Position numbers and translations under genes: made by a program
DNA from: Epithemia pelagica
Taxonomy: Eukaryota > Protista > Bacillariophyta
DNA length: 64,000 nt
Assembly: GCA_946965045.2 (NCBI GenBank)
Contig: OX337239.1
Location: forward strand, 124,001 to 188,000
Direction: 5' to 3'
Part shown: positions 11,916 to 25,217 of the stretch, one piece after another
Layout of the letters: each line of letters starts with the position of its first letter
How positions within the stretch are numbered: the first letter of the stretch is position 1
The notes under the pieces: model-generated
What the model saw: the letters and a program-made list of their open reading frames with translations, nothing else
What the model was told of the DNA's origin: nothing
Databases searched by the model: none

Positions 11916-14263
11916 ATGGCGTCCCTGCACAGACCAAGGTGGAGAGTTCTCGTCGTTTTGTGGATCATGGCGAGTTGTGCTTGTCGTCGTCGTCGTCGTC
12001 GTCGAGGGAACGTTTCTTCTTCTTCCTTTGGTGTCGTCGTATGGGCCGGAACCACACTCCAAGCGGTCCACTCCTCTTACGAATATCAACAACAACCACG
12101 TGGTGGTTCTAGCTCGTTTCCCCTCCTTACGGCCAAGAACCAGAATCCTCGATCCAAATTCAACACTGTCTTTGAGTTTGGAACCATGCTGACGAATGGC
12201 CAAGGCACAAACAGCAACCACAATATGATGAATAGGATGAGTAGCAACATGAAACCAATGAGGATGAGGATGATCATGATGAACCAAAACATGGCCATGA
12301 TGATCATGGCCATGTGGATGACACCAAGTCGGAGCCACAGCAGTAGCAAATCCATCAAACAACAACAACAAGGACAAGGCAAAGGAAACGCCATGCGAAT
12401 GAAACAAGCACCCACCACCAAAAAAACAACCAACAAACCAACACCAAGGGCACCTTCCATTGCTCCCACCCAAATCACTTTGCGACCATTGACGTTTTCT
12501 CCCGTTCGACAACCCCTGTCGGAAGCACCAACCACAGTTGCTGGACCAACCAATGAACCATCCAATGCTGCACCTTCCAATGTACCGTCCCATGCCCCGT
12601 CGGTTCGCACCGCTTCTCCAATGGTACCAAGCTTGATGCCTGTCACAGTAGATCCAACGACGACCATTCCCACCACCACAACAGTGCCAACTACGACAGC
12701 ACCCACCACCACAACCTCACCCACCACGACAGTGCCAACAACGACGGCACCCACTACCACAGCTCCAGTCGTCGTCGTCATCGAACCCGCCGTCTTGTCC
12801 AATGTCGGAAGGAGTTTTTGGGTCACGGAAATGCCATCGTTTGAGGATTGCAGTAGTACAACCACCATCCCCAGCAATAATGAATGGGTCCTGTCCATTA
12901 CCAATCCTCAAGACAATCCACAAGCCGCTACCGTTGTGATATCCGCAGTCACCAATTCCGGAGCAGGACGAGACATTCAGCAAATCTTGGTCATTGAACC
13001 CGGAACGGTCGGTCAAGCAGTCGTTTCGTGTCGTCCGCCCACCACTGGGAATGCCAGGACGAGCAACACGGCCGCAACATCCAGTGTTGCCTATCACGTG
13101 GAATCCACAGTTCCCGTGGTGGCCATTGCCATTGTTCAAGACAGTGATGGGTCCTTGTTGGTACCGGAACCGGCCCTGGGCCAGTCCCATGTGGTGGGGA
13201 GTTTTGTGAATCCCTCTGGCTTTTTCAAGGCGCTTCCAGTCTTTTGATTGTGGCGGTGGAATCCACCGTGGCGACACGAGTTTGGTTGTGGAATGCCAAC
13301 GGTACACCCGTGGGAATCAGTAGCGTGTTGCAACAAGGACAAGTTCTGGCCTTGGATCGTGACACGGACCTGACGGGATATCGGATCAAAAGTACGCACC
13401 CGGTGGCGGTCTTTTCCAGTCATGTCTGTACGGCCGTGGGACGACGACAACCACAACAACAACCACAACAACAACAAGATCCAACGGATAAATGTGATTC
13501 CTTGTATCAACAACTCTTGCCCGTGACCGTCTTGGGATCCGACTATGTCGTGTGTCCGACACTGACCCGTCCCATGAATTGTACTGGAACGGAGTGTTCC
13601 CCCAATGTGTTTCGCTACGTCCCCATTGACAAGAACGACCACATCACAAGTGTCACTGTTACAACCCCACAAGGGTCGTCCACGGATGGTGTGCGGGTGG
13701 AAACCTGGACGACCGCCCAGGACCAGGACGACGACACGTTTTGGCAACGCACGACACGAGACGCCCATATTGTCCGTGCCAATCGACCTCTTTCCGTCTA
13801 TCAATACCTTTCCACTACTACTACTACATCCTCCCAAACAGCAACGACCACAACGAATGCTGGATCCCCCATTTCCGTGACGGGAGATCCCAACATGATA
13901 CAATTGGTTCCCGTCCACCAGTTTCTGTCTGACTATACCATTGTGGTCGTGCCAACGGCCCGTGTGGCCGTGGTGACCCTGACAGTCCCCGTGGACACTC
14001 TTCTTTGGTTGGATGAAACGGACGTGTTTTGGGTGGATGCTACAACGTGCGACATGGCGGCGGGATCTGTCCAAGGCGTCCACTATTGTTGTTGGACCCA
14101 GGCCGTCGCTCCTGGCAGTCATTGGATTCGAGCAACACAAGAGTTTGGAATTACGGTATCGGGATTTGGTGCCTCGTCCTCTTCGACGACATCCTCGTCC
14201 TCGTCATTCTTTGCCTACACGGGGGGAACCAAACTGGTTGCCACCAACGACTCTGCTCCTTGA
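11916..14263 (+). CDS. Mucin-like (Pro/Thr-rich) protein with an IgGFc-binding-like domain; one frameshift at ~13221-13225
   Basis: PTTT repeats, then YHVESTVPVVA..LLVPEPALGQSHVV, LQQGQVL..DLTGYRIKSTHPVAVFSSHVC..CDSLYQQLLPVTVLGSDYVVCP. ORFs 11892-13247 and 13244-14263 join if the T5 run is read as T6. Confidence 0.75.
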
Positions 14264-14597
14264 CGAAACAACCACACCGACAGATCGATGCAAGAATCCC
14301 CTCTATAGTATTCGACGAGGGCACACTGGACCGTTGTTCCTGGGGAAGACACACGGTTTGCCGTTTTGGCCCAATCCATGCCAGGTAGAACAATGCCCGA
14401 ACGATTGGATTCTTCGCTGCAAAAGCACGAGTGTCCTTGTCCGTCACCCAAACAACGAGGGGGTTCTAATAAGGGCGACTGCCTGTCTGGGATTGGACGA
14501 CCATGTTCCACTACTACTTCGACAGAAACAAAGACTATGGAGTGTCACAAATATACTCGTCTAGTAGTATATCCACCCCCAATGCCATTCTAGTAGC

Positions 14598-16355
14598 TTA
14601 CGGTTTCCATCCTTGGCACATTTGTTGTCGTTGGAGGTGCCCAATCGCCACGGCAAACAATTGATCGGCGTGGGTACTTTGAGCAATTTGCAGACACCGT
14701 TCCAGACTCTGACAATCCTCATCGTCGTCGTCGTCGTCGTCTTGTGATGAACCAACGGCCAATTGCAAGACACGGTCTCGTCGGACAGCCTTTTCAGTTC
14801 GAATCACCGAGGAGGTATGTTCGGTCAAGACATGTTCCAAGCCCATACACGAGTCTCCCAAAAAGGTTTCCATGTCTTGCAGGAGACCTCGGGTCAATCG
14901 TTGACCCTTGCAACACTGGGCGTAGGCAAGGGCCATGGGATTGGATCGGACGGATGACGAGGCCTTGTTGCTTCGTGTCGTCCCCAATGGTTGCGGCTGT
15001 TGCTTGACGCGAAATTGGTGATGTCGTTTGACGCGTTGGGCCAGGTTGGACAATTCCATCTTCATTTGCTGAATGTCCGATCGCGAATACCATAGAGTAC
15101 TGGGAGACTCGGATGGGACTGCTCTTGATTCTTGAAATGGCATGGCACGGAAATACAGGTTGGATCCTTCGTCAATGTGCACCCGTCGTTTCCAAGTTTG
15201 AGGACCCAAGGATGATGACGAGGAAGAGCTTGTCTTTTTTAGACAACTTTTGAGACGATATCCCGTTTTTCGACGAGGAAGAATGGGACGTTCATCCTTC
15301 TTGAGGGCTTGGGGAACAAAGGTGCTGCTGGTCTCAACACCACCACTCCCACCCGTGGACCCTCGTCGACGAAGAGGAGGTCGTTCTGCGGCTTGGTTCG
15401 GACTGCGTCTTGTGGAGGATAACGAGGACGAGGAGGAGCTGCTCCCAATGGAAAATCTTCGCACCACCCGCCGACGGTTCGGAGGAGGAATGGTGGATGC
15501 TTCGGCTTGTTGTTTTTGGGAAGGAGCAGGTCCGCGTCGTGTCTTGGTGGAAGCAGAGCCTGAAAGACGTCGGGGGAGGCTGTGGCTTCGGGGTCGTCTT
15601 GTTGTGGTCTGTTCTTGTGCTTGTTTGGGTTGGCGGGTCGCGGGGCGCGTCAACCGCTGCAGTGTCGAGCCTTTGGCAACCGGAGGAGCCGCCGTCCCGG
15701 CTGCCGTTGGAGTACGACGACGACGAGGGGAGGATTCCTTTTGTTCTTGGTGGTGGTGGTGAATGTCACTACCGACACTGGGAAGGGAAAAGGAGGAGGA
15801 AGAAGATTCCAAAGAAGACAAGGAGTCTTCCAGAGTCCAATCCTTGCGGTTCTTGTTGTTGTTGCCTTTGCCAAACGACCCTCGACGTGGCAAGCGACGA
15901 GAAGGCGTTCGTCGACGACTGTTGTTGCTGGTCGTGCTGGTCACAGACGCATCATCCGAGACAGAAGATTGTCTTCCAGTACTACCACCACGAGCCGTAT
16001 TAGGAAACTCCATGGAATCTTGGCGCCGCAAAAACCGAAAGCCCCGTCTCGGACGAGAGGACGAGGAGGACACGGACGATTCTTCGATTTTATCTTGCGA
16101 GGAGGACCGCTTATTATTAGTGGATGCATCGTCGTCGTCCGACACAAAGGAGGAAGCCGAGGAGGTTTCATCTGTTTGCGATTCCTCCCATTGTGCCGTC
16201 ATTTGCGCCATTTTTTGAATCATGGCCAGATTGGACACAACGGCATGGCGACGAGGGGCCTTGCGACCGTCCCAAACGCACATGTTGTTGTTGTTGTTGT
16301 TGTTGTTGTTTGAGTGAACCAACGCCATGGTGTCGTTTGTGTGGGTGTGAATCAT
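14598..16355 (-). CDS. Ser/Arg-rich low-complexity protein with a conserved C-terminal domain (SCLK..RVH..WYS..MGLEHVL)
   Basis: Long open frame with RRGS/RRFS motifs. C-terminus aligns by eye with 21971-22687. Confidence 0.7.
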   Translation of the reverse strand: MIHTHTNDTMALVHSNNNNNNNNNMCVWDGRKAPRRHAVVSNLAMIQKMAQMTAQWEESQTDETSSASSFVSDDDDASTNNKRSSSQDKIEESSVSSSSSRPRRGFRFLRRQDSMEFPNTARGGSTGRQSSVSDDASVTSTTSNNSRRRTPSRRLPRRGSFGKGNNNKNRKDWTLEDSLSSLESSSSSFSLPSVGSDIHHHHQEQKESSPRRRRTPTAAGTAAPPVAKGSTLQRLTRPATRQPKQAQEQTTTRRPRSHSLPRRLSGSASTKTRRGPAPSQKQQAEASTIPPPNRRRVVRRFSIGSSSSSSSLSSTRRSPNQAAERPPLRRRGSTGGSGGVETSSTFVPQALKKDERPILPRRKTGYRLKSCLKKTSSSSSSSLGPQTWKRRVHIDEGSNLYFRAMPFQESRAVPSESPSTLWYSRSDIQQMKMELSNLAQRVKRHHQFRVKQQPQPLGTTRSNKASSSVRSNPMALAYAQCCKGQRLTRGLLQDMETFLGDSCMGLEHVLTEHTSSVIRTEKAVRRDRVLQLAVGSSQDDDDDDDEDCQSLERCLQIAQSTHADQLFAVAIGHLQRQQMCQGWKP

Positions 16356-16920
16356 GGTGCTTTGGCAAAACAAAACACCAACTGAAATTAATGAGATCTC
16401 TTGTTTGTTGTGAGAGACAGACCACAACGGCACACGCCCATCACAGCTCGACTACGGCGGTAAGCAGCAAGTTCCCAAATTCCCATGGAGTGACACGATC
16501 ACAACAAACAGGGGAACAAGTTGTATTTGAGGACTATTTTGACTCGTGCATGTCAATCCATCAAGGAGTGCGAATGGGTTCTTACTCCGGAAGGGTCACC
16601 TACATAGATGCTGTTGTTACTCCAATCCACTCGCGTTTTCCTTTCGTCTTGGTCGCTTTCCACATGGATTGCATTTGACACATCTCCATTCCTTGTAGGA
16701 GTCTGGGTTACTTGGTAGCACCTCGCCAAACACCAATCTGTTTGGATGGCAACATCTATGGCGATACTCCGGTTTGAATACAAGAAATCATTATATAGTA
16801 GATTATGAAGTTTCACTTGATCCCATTCAAAGAATATATGTTGTGGCACATTTGGTCGTGATAGATGCAAAAGCACTGCGTTCGAAACTTGTGTTGTGCT
16901 GTCTATTTCCCACTCCAACC

Positions 16921-17367
16921 TCAGACATCCGGACAGCCCTTACTTTTCTTCATGATGGCACTGACCTGGCATATACCAGCATCGACGTTAAAAGCACATG
17001 CGCTGAATTCAGCTGCTGCAACCATGTCCTGTGTGTCATACGGTCCAGTGGCAGCCAGGTCTCGACGCCAGCAACCCACACAATATATTACGCATTCATA
17101 GAGGGAAGAAAACTCATCACACCACGGAAAGTTATCGCACTCTGTCGAACAAAGTTGTCGTCCCTCTCCTCGTAGCGCCCGACGTCCAGCAGCTTCTTGA
17201 GCTTTGATCATGCAGGCCGCAGTGTTGTTGACGGCTGTTGTGATAGCATCGTGGCAGGCGTCCGACATACCATCCGGAAACTGGACTTCGATTTTGCGAA
17301 AACACTCACTGGACAATACGGGTCCGACGAGAGAGAAGAACACGAAAAGGAAGGTTTTCGAAAACAT
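16921..17367 (-). CDS. Small secreted Cys-rich protein (148 aa) with RRAL/RRDL putative processing sites
   Basis: Signal peptide MFSKTFLFVFFSLVGPVLS, 12 Cys, and a 6-Cys core bounded by GRRALRG and RRDL. Confidence 0.8.
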   Translation of the reverse strand: MFSKTFLFVFFSLVGPVLSSECFRKIEVQFPDGMSDACHDAITTAVNNTAACMIKAQEAAGRRALRGEGRQLCSTECDNFPWCDEFSSLYECVIYCVGCWRRDLAATGPYDTQDMVAAAEFSACAFNVDAGICQVSAIMKKSKGCPDV

Positions 17368-19121
17368 ACTGTCGTCTTCTTGTTGGAGAAAATACGGTTC
17401 AATTCAGGACCAGGAAAGGCGGAAAAGGACAAGATGGCAAAGGGCTGAGAGAAATAATACTATTGCAGCGCAAAATGGGCAATGCTTGTCGTGTGACACA
17501 CACGTTGACCAGAAGGGGGAAGGGAGAGGGGACGAAATCAAGAATTGTGCGTCGAACGAGAGTGGTGTGGTTTTGTGCTGATTGGAGCCGATGGATTGTT
17601 TGTGGTCGTTGAGTTGGGCCATTGATTGGGCAAAACAACACTAAAGAGCGATCCCGAGAAAATACGCAAAACCAAACCACAAAACACAAACCACAAAAAG
17701 AAACCAACACAAAACACAACATCAAAAGGATATTTGTTTCATAATATCTCTTTTATCATGATCAATGCCAAGCATCCCACCGTCTGATTTTATGACTTTT
17801 TAGACGAGGGACCCGAAACAACAACAATGTTGAATGTTTTTTTTATCAACTCGTAACTCGGAGCCCAACAATAGACGACGAGCCGCCATACGAAAAACAT
17901 CAAACATCTTATTGCGACCAGCAACCAAGAATGCCTCGGTTTTTATCCGCTCACAACTCGTTACTCGTTACTCGTCTCTTCCTGATGAAAAATGAGCTGA
18001 AACGGAGAAAGAGGAATCGCAGGATGTGGCACGTTGCACAACACTCTACACCCCAAGAAGAGAAAAAGAAAGTACTGTAGAACTGCCACGACGTCGTATC
18101 GAACCCAGCCAACGTATCGTTGAAGGATGTGTGTTTGGTGTTTGCTTTTGGCACACCATTGCACCAGGAGAAAGAAGTATAGTACGGAACAAGAAACGGA
18201 GGGCGAAGCACCTCATGTGTTGGCACATCTGGCAGAATGGATCTGGGAGAACCAGCAAGTAGACCATCCAGGAAAGCTCTTAGGATACACATGGACCATG
18301 GCTCGCAAACCACTCGAGACTTTTGGTTGGTAGTTGCAAGATCTTGCCATGTTTGCCGAAGCACAGGCTCGCCGTACACGGTTGTTGGGATGACTGAAAA
18401 AGTGAGGAGACGTGATCCTCGATGGTTACCTTGTGGTCTACAGGGCTATAATCTTTAATATATCGCGCAGTGCGGAATTTCGGAAGGGCAATTCTGTCCA
18501 TGTGTGAATGGCAGTCGCATCTGGGACTGAGGTTTCAAAATTCAAACAAAAGAGCCCTCCGTGCACAATTCGGAACCTCCCTTCCGATTGGTTGTGGAGA
18601 TTCGAGATTCGCAACAATAGAGAGGAGGGTCTCATTTCTCAATGGTGGTCTTGTGCCCAAGCAGTTTTCCGCCCAAGCAGCAAAGCTGTAGAATGTAGAA
18701 TGCGTTGTGTTCTCTCTGGACCAACTGAAGCTGGAATCTCTCGTCAACCAAACACACACGCACACGTCATATTCTTATTAGAAAGCAAAGATATAGTGTG
18801 TCGAAAATGGACGCGTCATGGTTCCTGGCCCTAGCTAGCAACGAACAACACAACAACACTACTCTCCAACGAACAGCAGCAAGTTGTCCAAAGTCCAAAC
18901 GCCGGGCTGCCTTGTTGTTCTCATGGCACACTCCAACAAAACATATCTAGTCGAGAAACGAACCCATTCCCTTTCGATCCACCAGAACAAGGCTTCCAAT
19001 CGGTGGATTGGGGACACTGAAAATCAATACAGTACAAGCCTCTGTGGGATCTCCACAAGATAGTATCGTGCTGACTTGATCTTCTCCTCCCATTGGATCA
19101 CACAGTATTGGATTCCCATTC

Positions 19122-22100
19122 TTGTGTGCACGGACTGGTGTCAAGAGTATGATTGTATTGCCCGATGCCAGTAGGATGGCGGGTTGTCGACTCTCCAAGA
19201 ACAGCCGCAAAACTCTCCTACTAGAGGACGACGACAAGGACAACGACGAGGACGAAGACTTGACGACCAGTTCCATCACCTTGGGTGATTCCTCCTTGAC
19301 TTGGGATGGTCGACGACCACGACGACAGGGTTCCTTTGAAAGTTTCAGCCACCCCAGTTCCAGTGCGGGGGGATCCTCACACTCGTTGCAAGAGCATCAA
19401 GACGATGGAGGAGACGAAGAAAAAGAATGGGCTCTGATTTCCCCCATTCCCAAAGCTTGCAACAACAATAACAAACAGAACAACCAGACCACGGGTGGTG
19501 GTGGTCCCTTTCGTCGTCGCATTCAGCGTCGCTTCTCAGGTGGCTTTGGTCGAGGAGGACGACAACGACGTGCCGAATCCCTGGACCGTCATGCCACCTC
19601 GGCGGCGGCGGCTAGTTCTGGTGGGAATCCCACCCAACACCAGGCCACAACAACCGTCATGCTGCACCAAGACAAGAACCAGCATCATAAGGTCACTACT
19701 ACTGGACCCGTTTGTCGTCGTCGACTGGACCACACAGCTGCTGCACCAGCCGTTGCGACCACGACTCCTCCCGCCCAACCAAGTCGTCCTCCTGGCAAAC
19801 TGGTCAAACGACATTCCTTTTCCGGATTTATCGACCTCATTGTACCTCCCAAGAAATCAATGGCATCCAGAGACGAGAATCATGCACGGGAGAGCAACTT
19901 TTCTCGTGGCAGAACAACAGCAACAACCACATCCATCCAAAATACAACATCAGGCCCAGCATCCAGAAAAGGAGGACGACGGGTTGTAACACGAAGGGCA
20001 TCGTTCACAAGTCCCACCAGTTCCCATCCAATGGAACCAACCAGCAAGAAGAATGGATCGAGTGTCGTTCCAAGAAGGACACGAACTCAAACTCCAGAAA
20101 GTATCCAGTCGCAGGAAACCAAAGCTCCAATACCATCCCAGCGACAGAGAGGGCGGCCGGCACGGAGGGCATCCTTTACCAGCGGCATGACGACGACAAC
20201 GATAACCACCACCACCACCATTGCAACGAAACAACAACCGCGACGACAACCCCTTCAAACAACAAAAGCGACCACTGCTCGAGGGACCCACCACCATGAT
20301 ACGAAAACTCCACTGCGACGGGGGAGCGGAGTAGTCATCCGGAGGAGGGCATCCTTTGGTGGAATGACCACGAGCAGCAACAAACAGCAACAATATCGAG
20401 ACCAAGAACCCAACACAAAATTGCCGACGCACAACCAACAACTTTTGTCACGGTCCAAGAAACATTTGAATACGGACAATCGTGTAGTAGAAACGTCGCA
20501 TTCGAAACTCAAAAAGCCTTGCCGCATGCTGCTTTCCACGACGCCATTCGCAGTTCCCAAAGTGGATAGTCCTCCCGTAGTGCCTTGTCGTCGTCCAATC
20601 GACCCTGTAGCAGAAGCAACGGACGCATACTGGGAGGAGCAACATCGACTCTATCAACAACTCTATCCCGAACAAGTGGAGCAACAAAAGGACACAACTT
20701 ACAGTCCAGCACGCACAGGAACCATGGCTCCCGGGGCATGGAAAGCTCAACAGAATCCACTGCCCATGAGCCAGTATCCGGAACCAGCACCGAAACAAGA
20801 ATCTTCTCGACCAGAGGATGGATTTTCCAACCGTGGCACACTCACGACACCACCATCTCGTCCACGCATGGCACGACGACGATCGGCTGGTACCATGGCT
20901 CCTGCAGCCTCCATTCCAATGCACCTTCTGCCCAGTATGGTGAACCATCAGCCGACAATGCCAAATGTGTGGTCGTGTCCCAAAAGTATGGACAATGCCC
21001 CCAAGATGCCCTTTCGAAATGGGCATGCCAAGAGCCACACGCTCCAAGCGGAACCATTGGCGGATCCCAATCTTTCAAAGGCTTCTTCTTCTCCTCCTCC
21101 TCGCAATAACACGGTATCGACAGGACTGGTCCATGGTACGAAATCCTTGCAAACCCCATACGTTGGAGTTGTAGAGCAGGATGCCGCGTCGTCCACGATT
21201 CTTTTGCTGACTCCTGAAACCACCAGCCACATTCGCGAGAGTATGAGCGACCCCAAACATTCGAACCCCTATCCTCGTCGTCTTCGTAGTGTCCAACGAC
21301 GGTTCTCCATGGACGCGGCCGCCATCACCACAACCCATACAACGACTCCTCGTTTGGTTCCCGTCGGGATGAATTCTTCGTTGGCAACCGAATCCGAGGT
21401 TCCATTGACCGAGTCCGCACAACCAGGATCAAACGTTACGTTGCCGCCACTGGATTCGAGCCAACGACAACGACGAGGATCGACGGGAACCTCTTCCCAT
21501 GACACACAAACAGAATCTCTCTTTGATTTCCGCGTTCTTGTAAAGGATGACGATGGTCTTGCCCATATCCAAAACAAGGAGTTTGGAAAAAAGAACATCA
21601 AGAATAATGAATCCACTAGTACAGCGAACAAAGAGACCATCCAACGTGATGCCGATACAAAGGCGGTTGTCAAGCCAACAAAAGAGTCGGATGACGACGA
21701 TACCACTGTGACATGGGCCATTCGACAAACTCACCCATGGGTGCAACGCCGAGCATCTCTGGGATCTGGAAGGGCGATACAAGAAGCAACAAACATGGCA
21801 GCCGGAACCAAAACGCCAGAAACCACAAAAAGCCATGAAGCATCAGCCAGCTACTATTCACCACGCCCACACCATTTGGTCCGACGAGAGGGTCCACGGG
21901 TCGTTTCTCGGACACCTCTGCAGCCTCACACAAGGCAGAATTCGGCACTGTTGGCACAGCGGACTCGTCCTTGTCACCAATGCTAGTCCTTCACAGTTGC
22001 CTCAAGACAAGTTCCAAATCTGCCAGTGGCATGTTGGTGGGTTCTTCGGTCCATCATCCACCGACCAAGACAGTTCACTGGAACATGGCTCGGAATGAAA

Positions 22101-22687
22101 AACATGCTCGTCTGATTCCCATTTTGACACTGGAGGAATATAGGACCTGTAGGTACAGTCGTCCGGAATGTCTGCAAATGAAAGCCGACCGTGCCGCCTT
22201 GGCCTATCACATTACTCGATCGTATCAACGCGCGGCTTCCAAACACCCGCAACAAAAAAACCGAGTGTCCAACAAGAGCCCTTCTTCTTCCTTGTCACAC
22301 GCGTCGATACGGAGTTCTCCCAGTACGGTCCTTCAAAATCCATGGGCCCTGGCGTACCGTGTGTGCTGTGAAGACATGAACGACGACACTGGAGGACTGT
22401 CCACCGCACAGATTCAAGTTTTGACCAACTGTATGGAACGCGACAACAGTATGGGATTGGAACACGTCTTGATTGATGCGGTCCCATCCGTCAAGGCCCA
22501 GAAAATGCGATATCGACGTCGACTGTATCAAGTCGTCGTATTGGAGGGCGACGACGAGGGTCCGGGAAACGAGCAGGAACGTGCCAATCGTTGGCGCAAT
22601 GCCTGTATCCCCCTGACACAACCAGCGCAGAGATTTGCCTTGGCTGTGGCCCAGGCGCAAGTCCAACCTTTGGACTCAATCATGTAA
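19122..22687 (+). CDS. Large Ser/Thr/Arg-rich protein plus conserved C-terminal domain; apparent frameshift near 21930-21970
   Basis: 954-aa low-complexity ORF with RRASF motifs overlaps a 238-aa ORF (SCLKTSS..KTVHW..RYSRPEC..MGLEHVL). Architecture matches 14598-16355. Start codon uncertain. Confidence 0.65.
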
Positions 22688-23949
22688 TATACCTTGACAC
22701 ATACGAACAAGCGGCAGTTTTGTTGGGTGTGGAAGGAGGCCACGAGTCTCTCGCAATGTTGTCATTTCTAATATAGAATGGACTGTTTGTAGAGTGCCAG
22801 AGCGTTTCGAGTTATGTGCTTGGGTCGAGAGAGTGTGTGATTTAGCTTGGATAGTCCGTAAACACAGCGTCAATGGGTATCACTTCACCATGAGTGTCCT
22901 TGACACTTTTTTCAGTACAAGGGTAGTCTCGATCGGTTTGTGGGAGCGACACATGGTGGGATCTTGTTGGTCGCTTTGGGTGTGGGAGCGACAACGGCAC
23001 ACATCATGTCGTCCTGCAATAAGATTCGCACGCTCATCCGGCAAAGTTTACGTTCGTACCATGGGATCCCATCCGTTTGGACCGTTCTGAGCACCAACCG
23101 GGGGCAGAATTCATGGCATTGTCATTCCATGCCTTCTTGCTGGAACTGGAGAGGAGAAACAAAAGCAGCTTGCCGTGCGGTTCTTGGGTCGATACTGCAA
23201 TATAGACTTGGGTCATGGAGGAGGAAGACGTGAGTGAAATGGTTGTTTCGTGGGTCTGGAAAGAGTCGGATTGCGCGCTCATTCTCACACGTGTGATGCT
23301 TCTATACCAGCTTTTCGGATTTGGCTGCGCCACAGGGTACCAGAGAAACAACGCCAAGAATGGTCCTCCTTTATATGCAAGAATATACATTGCCACTCCC
23401 CCAACCCTACGAGTCTTGTTTCACTTGATGGATCGTAGGCATGGTCCAACCGGAGAGGATGCCGCTATTAGGAAGCGCAAGTCGAGGAACACATTCCTCC
23501 CACAGAAAAATATATGTAATTGTTGTAATAACAAAGGCGGAGCAGAATAGCAAAGGAGAGCCCCGAGAAACTATGCTGGAACGGTATCCAACAATGTCAT
23601 GAACAAGCTGCGTCAGGGAATGGGAGAAACGGTACAGCATAATGTTCCTCTGTTGTTCGGACATATGCGGAAAGCAAATCTAAAATGTGGAGCTCTCTTC
23701 GCCGTGCTGCCACTTGCTAAACTGTAGCGCATGGTTCTCTTCAACTGGTTTCGTTCGCTTGTTTCCCCGGCGACGACATGACCCAATCCGGCATATGCGA
23801 TTCTGTTTCCAATGACTCAGCAGATCGACCGTTCGGCCAGGGCTACTAGCACTTTCCAAAACAGCAGTGTTGCCGGTTCGACATGGGAACCAACTTGTTG
23901 GCAGATACTGTTCCAAACAATCTCATGGGCGCGCCCTGTCATGGTGGAT

Positions 23950-25200
23950 CATCCATATCGTACCGCAGTTTCCAACGACCACCGTTCGACCTTTGAACCT
24001 CGGTGGCATTCAGGAACAGGGGAGTGGCAAGACGGTCCATTGTTACCAAGAGATCCCATGCCTTCTTGGACCAATCTAGTTCCTCTGGGGGGTATTTCTC
24101 CTATTTGCTTTGCTTCTTGCCAATAAGCCCATAGGACTCGTTTGTAGTCGGCTCCTTTTACTGGTACATCACCGCCCCCAATGAGGGTTCGCAGCTCCAA
24201 CTGCGCCAGCCATGTCATCAAGTATTGTCCCACTTGCGGAGGAGAAGTGAGGGTGAGCAGCGTCGGAATCATGGAAGGTATGTTGCGAGGTGCTGGTTCA
24301 TGACTCTGACTTGGACATGGACGAATCCAGCAAGGCCATGATAAATTCCACGTCAATTTGGGTGCGTCATGGTACTGGCGGAGCAGTTGTTCCATATAGA
24401 TCGGTCGGTTGTTTCGGCAGATAGACGCAACGATGATTTCACGTCTCACAACACCTCCATCCGTTTTGGAGAGGTTGTCGTCAAATCATGACAGACGTAG
24501 GCCCGTGCGAGTGAAATCAATCCATGCAGGATCTCGTCCGTTGAGGTACTTATTCTTGAGATTCGTTGCCTCCTCGCGAGAGTTTTTCGGAATCCTTTGT
24601 AACAGTCGTTTCCCCAAAACCGACGAACCACAGTTACGACAAATTGTTGGAATTCTTCTTTTGATTCGAACTCTCACAAACAGCCGCAATCACGGCCACT
24701 GTTTGTTCCAGTCGCTGAAAAGGGATAATTCTTGTTCCATCGATCCATCCACAAACGTTTCCGTTTGCAAACGGCTTCTTGGCGTTGGGACAATCTTTAT
24801 GATTCTTGGCCACTGGTACATGGGCCCGCCACACAATTGTTTCTCCATCTTGGTCCACACTTTCTTCATTGCGTTTGCACCCCTACCTGGGGGCTTGTGT
24901 CATCCTTTCAGGCCATGCACTACAAGTGCTGGCACCATTCTGCACTGTTCCAGGTCCCACCCCGACAGAGGAACTGGAGGACTTTTTTTTTCGGTTGGCG
25001 AGGCATTCAAACTGGTAACAGTGGCATCTTGTTTGGATACACACTGTCCAAGAGGTCGATAGAAAGCGTTCCGAAACCTCTCGACCATATTCTGGGCAAG
25101 GTGAATGCAATTCCTGCCGGACTGCATTACGACAATGTGGTTGTGGAACTTGGAGCAAACGGACGCAACCGCTCGTGGATGGAACAGAGGATGGATTGGT
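23950..25200 (-). pseudogene. Degraded gene of unknown family
   Basis: Protein-like segments in alternating frames (CHCYQFECLANRKKK; VVRRFWGNDCYKGFRKTL; LRTLIGGGDVPVKGADYKRVLWAYW) with stops. Confidence 0.4.
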
Positions 25201-25217
25201 ATACTATCGTTCATGCC

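Noticed and set aside
12086-12904. 272-aa minus-strand ORF and similar long antisense ORFs (e.g. 4119-4796, 13136-14140, 15250-16313, 28213-28995)
   Set aside because: Shadow frames of real genes on the opposite strand, produced by low-complexity, stop-poor sequence.
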